The notes under the pieces were generated by a model, which saw only the letters and a list, made by a program, of their open reading frames with translations, was not told where the DNA came from and searched no databases. This document shows, one piece after another, positions 8,344-23,730 of a DNA stretch of 64,000 nt (position 1 is the stretch's first letter; each line of letters opens with the position of its first letter). This stretch comes from Phallusia mammillata (lineage: Eukaryota), in NCBI GenBank assembly GCA_965637545.1, contig OZ281495.1:7688001-7752000 (forward strand), written 5' to 3'. The translations under genes and the position numbers were made by a program.

Positions 8344-10439
8344 TTACGATACACAGCAATTAATCCTAAATCGCTTTCGTTTTTTACGTTTAGGCTTTTT
8401 GCTGTCGGAAGCATCTTTCAGTGTGCCATTTTGATCTTGCTCCGGAGTAACGTCCATTGATTGAATTAGAGAATCTTTCTCGACTTTGCCTTGCGATGCC
8501 TTTTCGACATCTTTAGTAGGTTTCTCGTCTATGTGCTTATTTGCAAGGACTCTATCTTCAAGAGGAACAGTTGATTTAGGTTCTTTAGCCTGAGGTTTGG
8601 AATCTACAACTGACAGCTGTGCAATGGGCCAACTCGATTGATTCTCGTTTCCAATCTTTGGCGTTAATGTGTCTTTTTCTTTTGTCGGTTGCTTGAGAGA
8701 ATTTTTAGTTTCCAATTCCACCGCAGCAGTGGGCAGTTGACCGATTGCAGAATTTTGTTTCCTCGATTGATCAGCGATTTGTAGTCTTGATCTGTCTTGA
8801 CTATTTAATCTGTTTTTCCATCTATGAGGTCGTGGCATGACTGGCCGACTTACTTGGGGCGTCGCGGCAAAAACAAATACCTCAGTAGTTTGTAACTTTT
8901 GTGCAGACAACTTTCGTCTGCGTGGTTTTGGTGGTGGAGTTTGTGTGCTGGAATTCCGCACTTTGACGTTTTCTGCCAGTGGTAAGACGGAACGTGGAAT
9001 ATCTTGAAATCTGTTTAGGTTAAATTGTTTCGTAAACTTGACAATAGGGCGAATGTAGGTGGAAATAACAGCAGAGGGCGCCGAAGCTGTATCTTGATCA
9101 CAGCGTATCGGTGGTCCTCTATGAGTTTGTCCACGTTCAGACAACTGTGGTTTGCCCCATGTCACTAAGGTTGCACCTCTTAATACATCTGGGTCAACGA
9201 TTGTAGATTGGTTGTGCACAGGGCATTCTGGAACACATTGTATTTCTGTTCTCAAGCTGGTGGATGTTTTAGTCGTAGCAGCGTATGGCTTCCAGGGATC
9301 AGGCCACCTTAGAACCCTTCGATACGGTTTGCTTGGTAAGGGTATAGCAGTAACTTGAACAACTTCACTTTGTTGAAGTTTATCCCCTTGAGGCTTCAAT
9401 CGCGGGGTTTGGGTAGTCGAATCCCTTACAATAACAGCTGTGAGACCGATAATGAACTGCGTTTGATTGCTACTGAGTAAGTAATTGACCCGCGTCCATC
9501 CCGTGTCATTTGAAAGAACTGAATACATATTTTGCATCCATTCCGGTTTTACTACAGAAGATATTCGAGCTTTGAAAATTATTTTCCAAACTGCTGCAAT
9601 CTCTTTCCCGTAAAGACCGGATTCGATGTGGGCTGAAAGCGGGCGAATTGGACGCCCTGTTTGGAACAGCACTACATCTCTCGGGTGCAACTTTATATAT
9701 CTTCTGTCAACCGTCTGTGTCAAGAACCAGCTTCCTTGATTATGACTCGCTATGATGCAACCTGTTGAGAAACATTGTTTTTCGAGTTAAATTATTATAA
9801 TAATCAAATATAAATATAAATGTTAGTTTAGGGATCTGCTTCTTATTTCTGAGAATATTTTTCTAACTGTGTTGTACCTTTTATGTTTTTCTTTTCGGGA
9901 GAGGATAAAGGACTACGCCCAACTGCGTTTGTTGGATCCTCCAAATTGGTTTCTATGTAACAAAGTGAAATACTAAATTTTGGCATACTACGAAGTAAGT
10001 GTTTTGTAAATCTTCTTAAGAAAACATACCTATAGTGGAGTTGAGCGAAACAGGAAAGTTGAAAATTCGATTTACATCTGATCCAAGATCCTATATGGGA
10101 AATTACATGGGTTAGTTAGTTATGTATTATACAATCCCAACTGGCATGATTAAAATTCATTTGAAAACATTAACGAGTGGGTAGGCCTATACTTTTTGTA
10201 CTCTCAGTTAACGAATTAGTAAGATATGTCATCAACCCTTGATTACCTGCATCGATAAGGACCAAACTCTTAGGTCAAGACACCTGTAAAAAGCACAGTT
10301 GCAGATTAATGCATACATTACCCAACAACACACTTTCTGCTATCTCTTACCTCTCTTTCTCTAACCGCACTGTAGGTACAGGTATAAAAATGCCCTCCTC
10401 GTTGCCACATTTTGTCCAATACGGATATAAATTCGCCAT
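8344..10439 (-). CDS. Copy 3, intact 559-aa spliced gene
   Basis: Intact terminal ORF at 8344-9723; conserved exon offsets. Confidence 0.85.
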
Positions 10440-11665
10440 TTTGACAGAGCATATAAATGCACGTCTGGTTTTTATTTCCATTTTCAGAAAAATACTCAAA
10501 AAGTTAAAAGTTACCATGAAACCGATTATTAGGTAGGAGGCAGTGTGACGTCACATTGCCGCATTTATGACAAATTTTGGCTGACAAATGTTTGCAAGCA
10601 TCAGTTTGTTGTGTGTTAAGTACTGGCATTAGAGCAGTGGTTCTTAACCTGGGAACTCCAGGGATTCGGCAACGCTGATTCAGGGGTTCGACGAAGGTCC
10701 TTTGAAGTATAGAAATATTCGTTTTCGTCAAACTTTACGGATCTTTTGTCGCTTATAAGTAGCATTTTTTTTGCTAAATAGAAAAACACTGTACGTTTGT
10801 AACTAGGGTTTTGTATCTTTTTTGACGGAACAAAGAACATTGTGTGAATTGTTCGTAGGCAGCAAAAACTAATTACTTCATGTTTCTATGAAGTTACTAA
10901 AAATACGGAATCAAGGCAATCCTGAAACAAGATGCTCGTATTGTGATGTCAGAACTGTGTTACCATTAAGTTTAGTGAAAAGCCGGTTATTGCGCGCATC
11001 TGCCGAGTTCCGCCGCGCGATTTCAACTTGCCATCTCTACGGACGACGAATTATGACGAGATTGGGTTCTTCCAGATTTCTATTTTCAGTGAAACGGGGT
11101 TTCACCGCACGGTGCTGCACCGTTTCACTTGCGCACGGCCGTCAGTGTATTTAATTTCCTTTTCGTTTTGTGAATTCCAAGTCTGTAAAAGACATCAACT
11201 CTTAACCTAAAATATCAACAATATCTTGCGTACGTGATACCGTTAACTCTTGAGAAATAATGATTCCACAGCACTGTTGCCAATTTATCATTTTTTAGCA
11301 CTACATTTGACATGTTGTCAAGTTATTTAGCATTACAAATGACATCTAGCAACAAGAGTCAGAAGTTATGCGAATTGGATTCGAATAAATACTGCGCATA
11401 TTATGGATCTCAGTCAAATAGTAACAAGAATTTCTACAAAAAAAGCCCGAGTGTATTTTTTATTACGATACAAAGACACAGGATAAAAAATGATGCAAAA
11501 AGGAAAAAAAAGAGCAAAACAGCAGTGGTGAGATAGTAATACAACAAGAAAAATCATTTTTTCCTTGTTTGGAAATTGTAGTGTTTGAAAAAAATCCAGT
11601 TGAATCGGGTCAGAGCCTTCTAACTCGTCAAGGCAGCCTGTGACGAACAAGTTCCGTTGAATCGT

Positions 11666-13761
11666 TTACGATACACAGCAATTAATCCTAAATCGCTTTC
11701 GTTTTTTACGTTTAGGCTTTTTGCTGTCGGAAGCATCTTTCAGTGTGCCATTTTGATCTTGCTCCGGAGTAACGTCCATTGATTGAATTAGAGAATCTTT
11801 CTCGACTTTGCCTTGCGATGCCTTTTCGACATCTTTAGTAGGTTTCTCGTCTATGTGCTTATTTGCAAGGACTCTATCTTCAAGAGGAACAGTTGATTTA
11901 GGTTCTTTAGCCTGAGGTTTGGAATCTACAACTGACAGCTGTGCAATGGGCCAACTCGATTGATTCTCGTTTCCAATCTTTGGCGTTAATGTGTCTTTTT
12001 CTTTTGTCGGTTGCTTGAGAGAATTTTTAGTTTCCAATTCCACCGCAGCAGTGGGCAGTTGACCGATTGCAGAATTTTGTTTCCTCGATTGATCAGCGAT
12101 TTGTAGTCTTGATCTGTCTTGACTATTTAATCTGTTTTTCCATCTATGAGGTCGTGGCATGACTGGCCGACTTACTTGGGGCGTCGCGGCAAAAACAAAT
12201 ACCTCAGTAGTTTGTAACTTTTGTGCAGACAACTTTCGTCTGCGTGGTTTTGGTGGTGGAGTTTGTGTGCTGGAATTCCGCACTTTGACGTTTTCTGCCA
12301 GTGGTAAGACGGAACGTGGAATATCTTGAAATCTGTTTAGGTTAAATTGTTTCGTAAACTTGACAATAGGGCGAATGTAGGTGGAAATAACAGCAGAGGG
12401 CGCCGAAGCTGTATCTTGATCACAGCGTATCGGTGGTCCTCTATGAGTTTGTCCACGTTCAGACAACTGTGGTTTGCCCCATGTCACTAAGGTTGCACCT
12501 CTTAATACATCTGGGTCAACGATTGTAGATTGGTTGTGCACAGGGCATTCTGGAACACATTGTATTTCTGTTCTCAAGCTGGTGGATGTTTTAGTCGTAG
12601 CAGCGTATGGCTTCCAGGGATCAGGCCACCTTAGAACCCTTCGATACGGTTTGCTTGGTAAGGGTATAGCAGTAACTTGAACAACTTCACTTTGTTGAAG
12701 TTTATCCCCTTGAGGCTTCAATCGCGGGGTTTGGGTAGTCGAATCCCTTACAATAACAGCTGTGAGACCGATAATGAACTGCGTTTGATTGCTACTGAGT
12801 AAGTAATTGACCCGCGTCCATCCCGTGTCATTTGAAAGAACTGAATACATATTTTGCATCCATTCCGGTTTTACTACAGAAGATATTCGAGCTTTGAAAA
12901 TTATTTTCCAAACTGCTGCAATCTCTTTCCCGTAAAGACCGGATTCGATGTGGGCTGAAAGCGGGCGAATTGGACGCCCTGTTTGGAACAGCACTACATC
13001 TCTCGGGTGCAACTTTATATATCTTCTGTCAACCGTCTGTGTCAAGAACCAGCTTCCTTGATTATGACTCGCTATGATGCAACCTGTTGAGAAACATTGT
13101 TTTTCGAGTTAAATTATTATAATAATCAAATATAAATATAAATGTTAGTTTAGGGATCTGCTTCTTATTTCTGAGAATATTTTTCTAACTGTGTTGTACC
13201 TTTTATGTTTTTCTTTTCGGGAGAGGATAAAGGACTACGCCCAACTGCGTTTGTTGGATCCTCCAAATTGGTTTCTATGTAACAAAGTGAAATACTAAAT
13301 TTTGGCATACTACGAAGTAAGTGTTTTGTAAATCTTCTTAAGAAAACATACCTATAGTGGAGTTGAGCGAAACAGGAAAGTTGAAAATTCGATTTACATC
13401 TGATCCAAGATCCTATATGGGAAATTACATGGGTTAGTTAGTTATGTATTATACAATCCCAACTGGCATGATTAAAATTCATTTGAAAACATTAACGAGT
13501 GGGTAGGCCTATAGTTTTTGTACTCTCAGTTAACGAATTAGTAAGATATGTCATCAACCCTTGATTACCTGCATCGATAAGGACCAAACTCTTAGGTCAA
13601 GACACCTGTAAAAAGCACAGTTGCAGATTAATGCATACATTACCCAACAACACACTTTCTGCTATCTCTTACCTCTCTTTCTCTAACCGCACTGTAGGTA
13701 CAGGTATAAAAATGCCCTCCTCGTTGCCACATTTTGTCCAATACGGATATAAATTCGCCAT
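11666..13761 (-). CDS. Copy 4, intact 559-aa spliced gene
   Basis: Intact terminal ORF at 11666-13045; the 1-bp deletion near 11663 lies just past the stop codon. Confidence 0.85.
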
Positions 13762-14987
13762 TTTGACAGAGCATATAAATGCACGTCTGGTTTTTATTTC
13801 CATTTTCAGAAAAATACTCAAAAAGTTAAAAGTTACCATGAAACCGATTATTAGGTAGGAGGCAGTGTGACGTCACATTGCCGCATTTATGACAAATTTT
13901 GGCTGACAAATGTTTGCAAGCATCAGTTTGTTGTGTGTTAAGTACTGGCATTAGAGCAGTGGTTCTTAACCTGGGAACTCCAGGGATTCGGCAACGCTGA
14001 TTCAGGGGTTCGACGAAGGTCCTTTGAAGTATAGAAATATTCGTTTTCGTCAAACTTTACGGATCTTTTGTCGCTTATAAGTAGCATTTTTTTTGCTAAA
14101 TAGAAAAACACTGTACGTTTGTAACTAGGGTTTTGTATCGTTTTTGACGGAACAAAGAACATTGTGTGAATTGTTCGTAGGCAGCAAAAACTAATTACTT
14201 CATGTTTCTATGAAGTTACTAAAAATACGGAATCAAGGCAATCCTGAAACAAGATGCTCGTATTGTGATGTCAGAACTGTGTTACCATTAAGTTTAGTGA
14301 AAAGCCGGTTATTGCGCGCATCTGCCGAGTTCCGCCGCGCGATTTCAACTTGCCATCTCTACGGACGACGAATTATGACGAGATTGGGTTCTTCCAGATT
14401 TCTATTTTCAGTGAAACGGGGTTTCACCGCACGGTGCTGCACCGTTTCACTTGCGCACGGCCGTCAGTGTATTTAATTTCCTTTTCGTTTTGTGAATTCC
14501 AAGTCTGTAAAAGACATCAACTCTTAACCTAAAATATCAACAATATCTTGCGTACGTGATACCGTTAACTCTTGAGAAATAATGATTCCACAGCACTGTT
14601 GCCAATTTATCATTTTTTAGCACTACATTTGACATGTTGTCAAGTTATTTAGCATTACAAATGACATCTAGCAACAAGAGTCAGAAGTTATGCGAATTGG
14701 ATTCGAATAAATACTGCGCATATTATGGATCTCAGTCAAATAGTAACAAGAATTTCTACAAAAAAAGCCCGAGTGTATTTTTTATTACGATACAAAGACA
14801 CAGGATAAAAAATGATGCAAAAAGGAAAAAAAAGAGCAAAACAGCAGTGGTGAGATAGTAATACAACAAGAAAAATCATTTTTCCTTGTTTGGAAATTGT
14901 AGTGTTTGAAAAAAATCCAGTTGAATCGGGTCAGAGCCTTCTAACTCGTCAAGGCAGCCTGTGACGAACAAGTTCCGTTGAATCCGT

Positions 14988-17084
14988 TTACGATACACAG
15001 CAATTAATCCTAAATCGCTTTCGTTTTTTACGTTTAGGCTTTTTGCTGTCGGAAGCATCTTTCAGTGTGCCATTTTGATCTTGCTCCGGAGTAACGTCCA
15101 TTGATTGAATTAGAGAATCTTTCTCGACTTTGCCTTGCGATGCCTTTTCGACATCTTTAGTAGGTTTCTCGTCTATGTGCTTATTTGCAAGGACTCTATC
15201 TTCAAGAGGAACAGTTGATTTAGGTTCTTTAGCCTGAGGTTTGGAATCTACAACTGACAGCTGTGCAATGGGCCAACTCGATTGATTCTCGTTTCCAATC
15301 TTTGGCGTTAATGTGTCTTTTTCTTTTGTCGGTTGCTTGAGAGAATTTTTAGTTTCCAATTCCACCGCAGCAGTGGGCAGTTGACCGATTGCAGAATTTT
15401 GTTTCCTCGATTGATCAGCGATTTGTAGTCTTGATCTGTCTTGACTATTTAATCTGTTTTTCCATCTATGAGGTCGTGGCATGACTGGCCGACTTACTTG
15501 GGGCGTCGCGGCAAAAACAAATACCTCAGTAGTTTGTAACTTTTGTGCAGACAACTTTCGTCTGCGTGGTTTTGGTGGTGGAGTTTGTGTGCTGGAATTC
15601 CGCACTTTGACGTTTTCTGCCAGTGGTAAGACGGAACGTGGAATATCTTGAAATCTGTTTAGGTTAAATTGTTTCGTAAACTTGACAATAGGGCGAATGT
15701 AGGTGGAAATAACAGCAGAGGGCGCCGAAGCTGTATCTTGATCACAGCGTATCGGTGGTCCTCTATGAGTTTGTCCCACGTTCAGACAACTGTGGTTTGC
15801 CCCATGTCACTAAGGTTGCACCTCTTAATACATCTGGGTCAACGATTGTAGATTGGTTGTGCACAGGGCATTCTGGAACACATTGTATTTCTGTTCTCAA
15901 GCTGGTGGATGTTTTAGTCGTAGCAGCGTATGGCTTCCAGGGATCAGGCCACCTTAGAACCCTTCGATACGGTTTGCTTGGTAAGGGTATAGCAGTAACT
16001 TGAACAACTTCACTTTGTTGAAGTTTATCCCCTTGAGGCTTCAATCGCGGGGTTTGGGTAGTCGAATCCCTTACAATAACAGCTGTGAGACCGATAATGA
16101 ACTGCGTTTGATTGCTACTGAGTAAGTAATTGACCCGCGTCCATCCCGTGTCATTTGAAAGAACTGAATACATATTTTGCATCCATTCCGGTTTTACTAC
16201 AGAAGATATTCGAGCTTTGAAAATTATTTTCCAAACTGCTGCAATCTCTTTCCCGTAAAGACCGGATTCGATGTGGGCTGAAAGCGGGCGAATTGGACGC
16301 CCTGTTTGGAACAGCACTACATCTCTCGGGTGCAACTTTATATATCTTCTGTCAACCGTCTGTGTCAAGAACCAGCTTCCTTGATTATGACTCGCTATGA
16401 TGCAACCTGTTGAGAAACATTGTTTTTCGAGTTAAATTATTATAATAATCAAATATAAATATAAATGTTAGTTTAGGGATCTGCTTCTTATTTCTGAGAA
16501 TATTTTTCTAACTGTGTTGTACCTTTTATGTTTTTCTTTTCGGGAGAGGATAAAGGACTACGCCCAACTGCGTTTGTTGGATCCTCCAAATTGGTTTCTA
16601 TGTAACAAAGTGAAATACTAAATTTTGGCATACTACGAAGTAAGTGTTTTGTAAATCTTCTTAAGAAAACATACCTATAGTGGAGTTGAGCGAAACAGGA
16701 AAGTTGAAAATTCGATTTACATCTGATCCAAGATCCTATATGGGAAATTACATGGGTTAGTTAGTTATGTATTATACAATCCCAACTGGCATGATTAAAA
16801 TTCATTTGAAAACATTAACGAGTGGGTAGGCCTATACTTTTTGTACTCTCAGTTAACGAATTAGTAAGATATGTCATCAACCCTTGATTACCTGCATCGA
16901 TAAGGACCAAACTCTTAGGTCAAGACACCTGTAAAAAGCACAGTTGCAGATTAATGCATACATTACCCAACAACACACTTTCTGCTATCTCTTACCTCTC
17001 TTTCTCTAACCGCACTGTAGGTACAGGTATAAAAATGCCCTCCTCGTTGCCACATTTTGTCCAATACGGATATAAATTCGCCAT
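14988..17084 (-). pseudogene. Copy 5, frameshifted by one extra C at 15775-15777 (real mutation or consensus error)
   Basis: GTCCCACG instead of GTCCACG; the ORF track splits into 201-aa and 263-aa pieces. Confidence 0.5.
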
Positions 17085-18311
17085 TTTGACAGAGCATATA
17101 AATGCACGTCTGGTTTTTATTTCCATTTTCAGAAAAATACTCAAAAAGTTAAAAGTTACCATGAAACCGATTATTAGGTAGGAGGCAGTGTGACGTCACA
17201 TTGCCGCATTTATGACAAATTTTGGCTGACAAATGTTTGCAAGCATCAGTTTGTTGTGTGTTAAGTACTGGCATTAGAGCAGTGGTTCTTAACCTGGGAA
17301 CTCCAGGGATTCGGCAACGCTGATTCAGGGGTTCGACGAAGGTCCTTTGAAGTATAGAAATATTCGTTTTCGTCAAACTTTACGGATCTTTTGTCGCTTA
17401 TAAGTAGCATTTTTTTTGCTAAATAGAAAAACACTGTACGTTTGTAACTAGGGTTTTGTATCTTTTTTGACGGAACAAAGAACATTGTGTGAATTGTTCG
17501 TAGGCAGCAAAAACTAATTACTTCATGTTTCTATGAAGTTACTAAAAATACGGAATCAAGGCAATCCTGAAACAAGATGCTCGTATTGTGATGTCAGAAC
17601 TGTGTTACCATTAAGTTTAGTGAAAAGCCGGTTATTGCGCGCATCTGCCGAGTTCCGCCGCGCGATTTCAACTTGCCATCTCTACGGACGACGAATTATG
17701 ACGAGATTGGGTTCTTCCAGATTTCTATTTTCAGTGAAACGGGGTTTCACCGCACGGTGCTGCACCGTTTCACTTGCGCACGGCCGTCAGTGTATTTAAT
17801 TTCCTTTTCGTTTTGTGAATTCCAAGTCTGTAAAAGACATCAACTCTTAACCTAAAATATCAACAATATCTTGCGTACGTGATACCGTTAACTCTTGAGA
17901 AATAATGATTCCACAGCACTGTTGCCAATTTATCATTTTTTAGCACTACATTTGACATGTTGTCAAGTTATTTAGCATTACAAATGACATCTAGCAACAA
18001 GAGTCAGAAGTTATGCGAATTGGATTCGAATAAATACTGCGCATATTATGGATCTCAGTCAAATAGTAACAAGAATTTCTACAAAAAAAGCCCGAGTGTA
18101 TTTTTTATTACGATACAAAGACACAGGATAAAAAATGATGCAAAAAGGAAAAAAAAGAGCAAAACAGCAGTGGTGAGATAGTAATACAACAAGAAAAATC
18201 ATTTTTTCCTTGTTTGGAAATTGTAGTGTTTGAAAAAAATCCAGTTGAATCGGGTCAGAGCCTTCTAACTCGTCAAGGCAGCCTGTGACGAACAAGTTCC
18301 GTTGAATCCGT

Positions 18312-20407
18312 TTACGATACACAGCAATTAATCCTAAATCGCTTTCGTTTTTTACGTTTAGGCTTTTTGCTGTCGGAAGCATCTTTCAGTGTGCCATTTT
18401 GATCTTGCTCCGGAGTAACGTCCATTGATTGAATTAGAGAATCTTTCTCGACTTTGCCTTGCGATGCCTTTTCGACATCTTTAGTAGGTTTCTCGTCTAT
18501 GTGCTTATTTGCAAGGACTCTATCTTCAAGAGGAACAGTTGATTTAGGTTCTTTAGCCTGAGGTTTGGAATCTACAACTGACAGCTGTGCAATGGGCCAA
18601 CTCGATTGATTCTCGTTTCCAATCTTTGGCGTTAATGTGTCTTTTTCTTTTGTCGGTTGCTTGAGAGAATTTTTAGTTTCCAATTCCACCGCAGCAGTGG
18701 GCAGTTGACCGATTGCAGAATTTTGTTTCCTCGATTGATCAGCGATTTGTAGTCTTGATCTGTCTTGACTATTTAATCTGTTTTTCCATCTATGAGGTCG
18801 TGGCATGACTGGCCGACTTACTTGGGGCGTCGCGGCAAAAACAAATACCTCAGTAGTTTGTAACTTTTGTGCAGACAACTTTCGTCTGCGTGGTTTTGGT
18901 GGTGGAGTTTGTGTGCTGGAATTCCGCACTTTGACGTTTTCTGCCAGTGGTAAGACGGAACGTGGAATATCTTGAAATCTGTTTAGGTTAAATTGTTTCG
19001 TAAACTTGACAATAGGGCGAATGTAGGTGGAAATAACAGCAGAGGGCGCCGAAGCTGTATCTTGATCACAGCGTATCGGTGGTCCTCTATGAGTTTGTCC
19101 ACGTTCAGACAACTGTGGTTTGCCCCATGTCACTAAGGTTGCACCTCTTAATACATCTGGGTCAACGATTGTAGATTGGTTGTGCACAGGGCATTCTGGA
19201 ACACATTGTATTTCTGTTCTCAAGCTGGTGGATGTTTTAGTCGTAGCAGCGTATGGCTTCCAGGGATCAGGCCACCTTAGAACCCTTCGATACGGTTTGC
19301 TTGGTAAGGGTATAGCAGTAACTTGAACAACTTCACTTTGTTGAAGTTTATCCCCTTGAGGCTTCAATCGCGGGGTTTGGGTAGTCGAATCCCTTACAAT
19401 AACAGCTGTGAGACCGATAATGAACTGCGTTTGATTGCTACTGAGTAAGTAATTGACCCGCGTCCATCCCGTGTCATTTGAAAGAACTGAATACATATTT
19501 TGCATCCATTCCGGTTTTACTACAGAAGATATTCGAGCTTTGAAAATTATTTTCCAAACTGCTGCAATCTCTTTCCCGTAAAGACCGGATTCGATGTGGG
19601 CTGAAAGCGGGCGAATTGGACGCCCTGTTTGGAACAGCACTACATCTCTCGGGTGCAACTTTATATATCTTCTGTCAACCGTCTGTGTCAAGAACCAGCT
19701 TCCTTGATTATGACTCGCTATGATGCAACCTGTTGAGAAACATTGTTTTTCGAGTTAAATTATTATAATAATCAAATATAAATATAAATGTTAGTTTAGG
19801 GATCTGCTTCTTATTTCTGAGAATATTTTTCTAACTGTGTTGTACCTTTTATGTTTTTCTTTTCGGGAGAGGATAAAGGACTACGCCCAACTGCGTTTGT
19901 TGGATCCTCCAAATTGGTTTCTATGTAACAAAGTGAAATACTAAATTTTGGCATACTACGAAGTAAGTGTTTTGTAAATCTTCTTAAGAAAACATACCTA
20001 TAGTGGAGTTGAGCGAAACAGGAAAGTTGAAAATTCGATTTACATCTGATCCAAGATCCTATATGGGAAATTACATGGGTTAGTTAGTTATGTATTATAC
20101 AATCCCAACTGGCATGATTAAAATTCATTTGAAAACATTAACGAGTGGGTAGGCCTATAGTTTTTGTACTCTCAGTTAACGAATTAGTAAGATATGTCAT
20201 CAACCCTTGATTACCTGCATCGATAAGGACCAAACTCTTAGGTCAAGACACCTGTAAAAAGCACAGTTGCAGATTAATGCATACATTACCCAACAACACA
20301 CTTTCTGCTATCTCTTACCTCTCTTTCTCTAACCGCACTGTAGGTACAGGTATAAAAATGCCCTCCTCGTTGCCACATTTTGTCCAATACGGATATAAAT
20401 TCGCCAT
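18312..20407 (-). CDS. Copy 6, intact 559-aa spliced gene
   Basis: Intact terminal ORF at 18312-19691; conserved exon offsets. Confidence 0.85.
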
Positions 20408-21634
20408 TTTGACAGAGCATATAAATGCACGTCTGGTTTTTATTTCCATTTTCAGAAAAATACTCAAAAAGTTAAAAGTTACCATGAAACCGATTATTAG
20501 GTAGGAGGCAGTGTGACGTCACATTGCCGCATTTATGACAAATTTTGGCTGACAAATGTTTGCAAGCATCAGTTTGTTGTGTGTTAAGTACTGGCATTAG
20601 AGCAGTGGTTCTTAACCTGGGAACTCCAGGGATTCGGCAACGCTGATTCAGGGGTTCGACGAAGGTCCTTTGAAGTATAGAAATATTCGTTTTCGTCAAA
20701 CTTTACGGATCTTTTGTCGCTTATAAGTAGCATTTTTTTTGCTAAATAGAAAAACACTGTACGTTTGTAACTAGGGTTTTGTATCTTTTTTGACGGAACA
20801 AAGAACATTGTGTGAATTGTTCGTAGGCAGCAAAAACTAATTACTTCATGTTTCTATGAAGTTACTAAAAATACGGAATCAAGGCAATCCTGAAACAAGA
20901 TGCTCGTATTGTGATGTCAGAACTGTGTTACCATTAAGTTTAGTGAAAAGCCGGTTATTGCGCGCATCTGCCGAGTTCCGCCGCGCGATTTCAACTTGCC
21001 ATCTCTACGGACGACGAATTATGACGAGATTGGGTTCTTCCAGATTTCTATTTTCAGTGAAACGGGGTTTCACCGCACGGTGCTGCACCGTTTCACTTGC
21101 GCACGGCCGTCAGTGTATTTAATTTCCTTTTCGTTTTGTGAATTCCAAGTCTGTAAAAGACATCAACTCTTAACCTAAAATATCAACAATATCTTGCGTA
21201 CGTGATACCGTTAACTCTTGAGAAATAATGATTCCACAGCACTGTTGCCAATTTATCATTTTTTAGCACTACATTTGACATGTTGTCAAGTTATTTAGCA
21301 TTACAAATGACATCTAGCAACAAGAGTCAGAAGTTATGCGAATTGGATTCGAATAAATACTGCGCATATTATGGATCTCAGTCAAATAGTAACAAGAATT
21401 TCTACAAAAAAAGCCCGAGTGTATTTTTTATTACGATACAAAGACACAGGATAAAAAATGATGCAAAAAGGAAAAAAAAGAGCAAAACAGCAGTGGTGAG
21501 ATAGTAATACAACAAGAAAAATCATTTTTTCCTTGTTTGGAAATTGTAGTGTTTGAAAAAAATCCAGTTGAATCGGGTCAGAGCCTTCTAACTCGTCAAG
21601 GCAGCCTGTGACGAACAAGTTCCGTTGAATCCGT

Positions 21635-23730
21635 TTACGATACACAGCAATTAATCCTAAATCGCTTTCGTTTTTTACGTTTAGGCTTTTTGCTGTCGGA
21701 AGCATCTTTCAGTGTGCCATTTTGATCTTGCTCCGGAGTAACGTCCATTGATTGAATTAGAGAATCTTTCTCGACTTTGCCTTGCGATGCCTTTTCGACA
21801 TCTTTAGTAGGTTTCTCGTCTATGTGCTTATTTGCAAGGACTCTATCTTCAAGAGGAACAGTTGATTTAGGTTCTTTAGCCTGAGGTTTGGAATCTACAA
21901 CTGACAGCTGTGCAATGGGCCAACTCGATTGATTCTCGTTTCCAATCTTTGGCGTTAATGTGTCTTTTTCTTTTGTCGGTTGCTTGAGAGAATTTTTAGT
22001 TTCCAATTCCACCGCAGCAGTGGGCAGTTGACCGATTGCAGAATTTTGTTTCCTCGATTGATCAGCGATTTGTAGTCTTGATCTGTCTTGACTATTTAAT
22101 CTGTTTTTCCATCTATGAGGTCGTGGCATGACTGGCCGACTTACTTGGGGCGTCGCGGCAAAAACAAATACCTCAGTAGTTTGTAACTTTTGTGCAGACA
22201 ACTTTCGTCTGCGTGGTTTTGGTGGTGGAGTTTGTGTGCTGGAATTCCGCACTTTGACGTTTTCTGCCAGTGGTAAGACGGAACGTGGAATATCTTGAAA
22301 TCTGTTTAGGTTAAATTGTTTCGTAAACTTGACAATAGGGCGAATGTAGGTGGAAATAACAGCAGAGGGCGCCGAAGCTGTATCTTGATCACAGCGTATC
22401 GGTGGTCCTCTATGAGTTTGTCCACGTTCAGACAACTGTGGTTTGCCCCATGTCACTAAGGTTGCACCTCTTAATACATCTGGGTCAACGATTGTAGATT
22501 GGTTGTGCACAGGGCATTCTGGAACACATTGTATTTCTGTTCTCAAGCTGGTGGATGTTTTAGTCGTAGCAGCGTATGGCTTCCAGGGATCAGGCCACCT
22601 TAGAACCCTTCGATACGGTTTGCTTGGTAAGGGTATAGCAGTAACTTGAACAACTTCACTTTGTTGAAGTTTATCCCCTTGAGGCTTCAATCGCGGGGTT
22701 TGGGTAGTCGAATCCCTTACAATAACAGCTGTGAGACCGATAATGAACTGCGTTTGATTGCTACTGAGTAAGTAATTGACCCGCGTCCATCCCGTGTCAT
22801 TTGAAAGAACTGAATACATATTTTGCATCCATTCCGGTTTTACTACAGAAGATATTCGAGCTTTGAAAATTATTTTCCAAACTGCTGCAATCTCTTTCCC
22901 GTAAAGACCGGATTCGATGTGGGCTGAAAGCGGGCGAATTGGACGCCCTGTTTGGAACAGCACTACATCTCTCGGGTGCAACTTTATATATCTTCTGTCA
23001 ACCGTCTGTGTCAAGAACCAGCTTCCTTGATTATGACTCGCTATGATGCAACCTGTTGAGAAACATTGTTTTTCGAGTTAAATTATTATAATAATCAAAT
23101 ATAAATATAAATGTTAGTTTAGGGATCTGCTTCTTATTTCTGAGAATATTTTTCTAACTGTGTTGTACCTTTTATGTTTTTCTTTTCGGGAGAGGATAAA
23201 GGACTACGCCCAACTGCGTTTGTTGGATCCTCCAAATTGGTTTCTATGTAACAAAGTGAAATACTAAATTTTGGCATACTACGAAGTAAGTGTTTTGTAA
23301 ATCTTCTTAAGAAAACATACCTATAGTGGAGTTGAGCGAAACAGGAAAGTTGAAAATTCGATTTACATCTGATCCAAGATCCTATATGGGAAATTACATG
23401 GGTTAGTTAGTTATGTATTATACAATCCCAACTGGCATGATTAAAATTCATTTGAAAACATTAACGAGTGGGTAGGCCTATACTTTTTGTACTCTCAGTT
23501 AACGAATTAGTAAGATATGTCATCAACCCTTGATTACCTGCATCGATAAGGACCAAACTCTTAGGTCAAGACACCTGTAAAAAGCACAGTTGCAGATTAA
23601 TGCATACATTACCCAACAACACACTTTCTGCTATCTCTTACCTCTCTTTCTCTAACCGCACTGTAGGTACAGGTATAAAAATGCCCTCCTCGTTGCCACA
23701 TTTTGTCCAATACGGATATAAATTCGCCAT
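21635..23730 (-). CDS. Copy 7, intact 559-aa spliced gene
   Basis: Intact terminal ORF at 21635-23014; conserved exon offsets. Confidence 0.85.
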
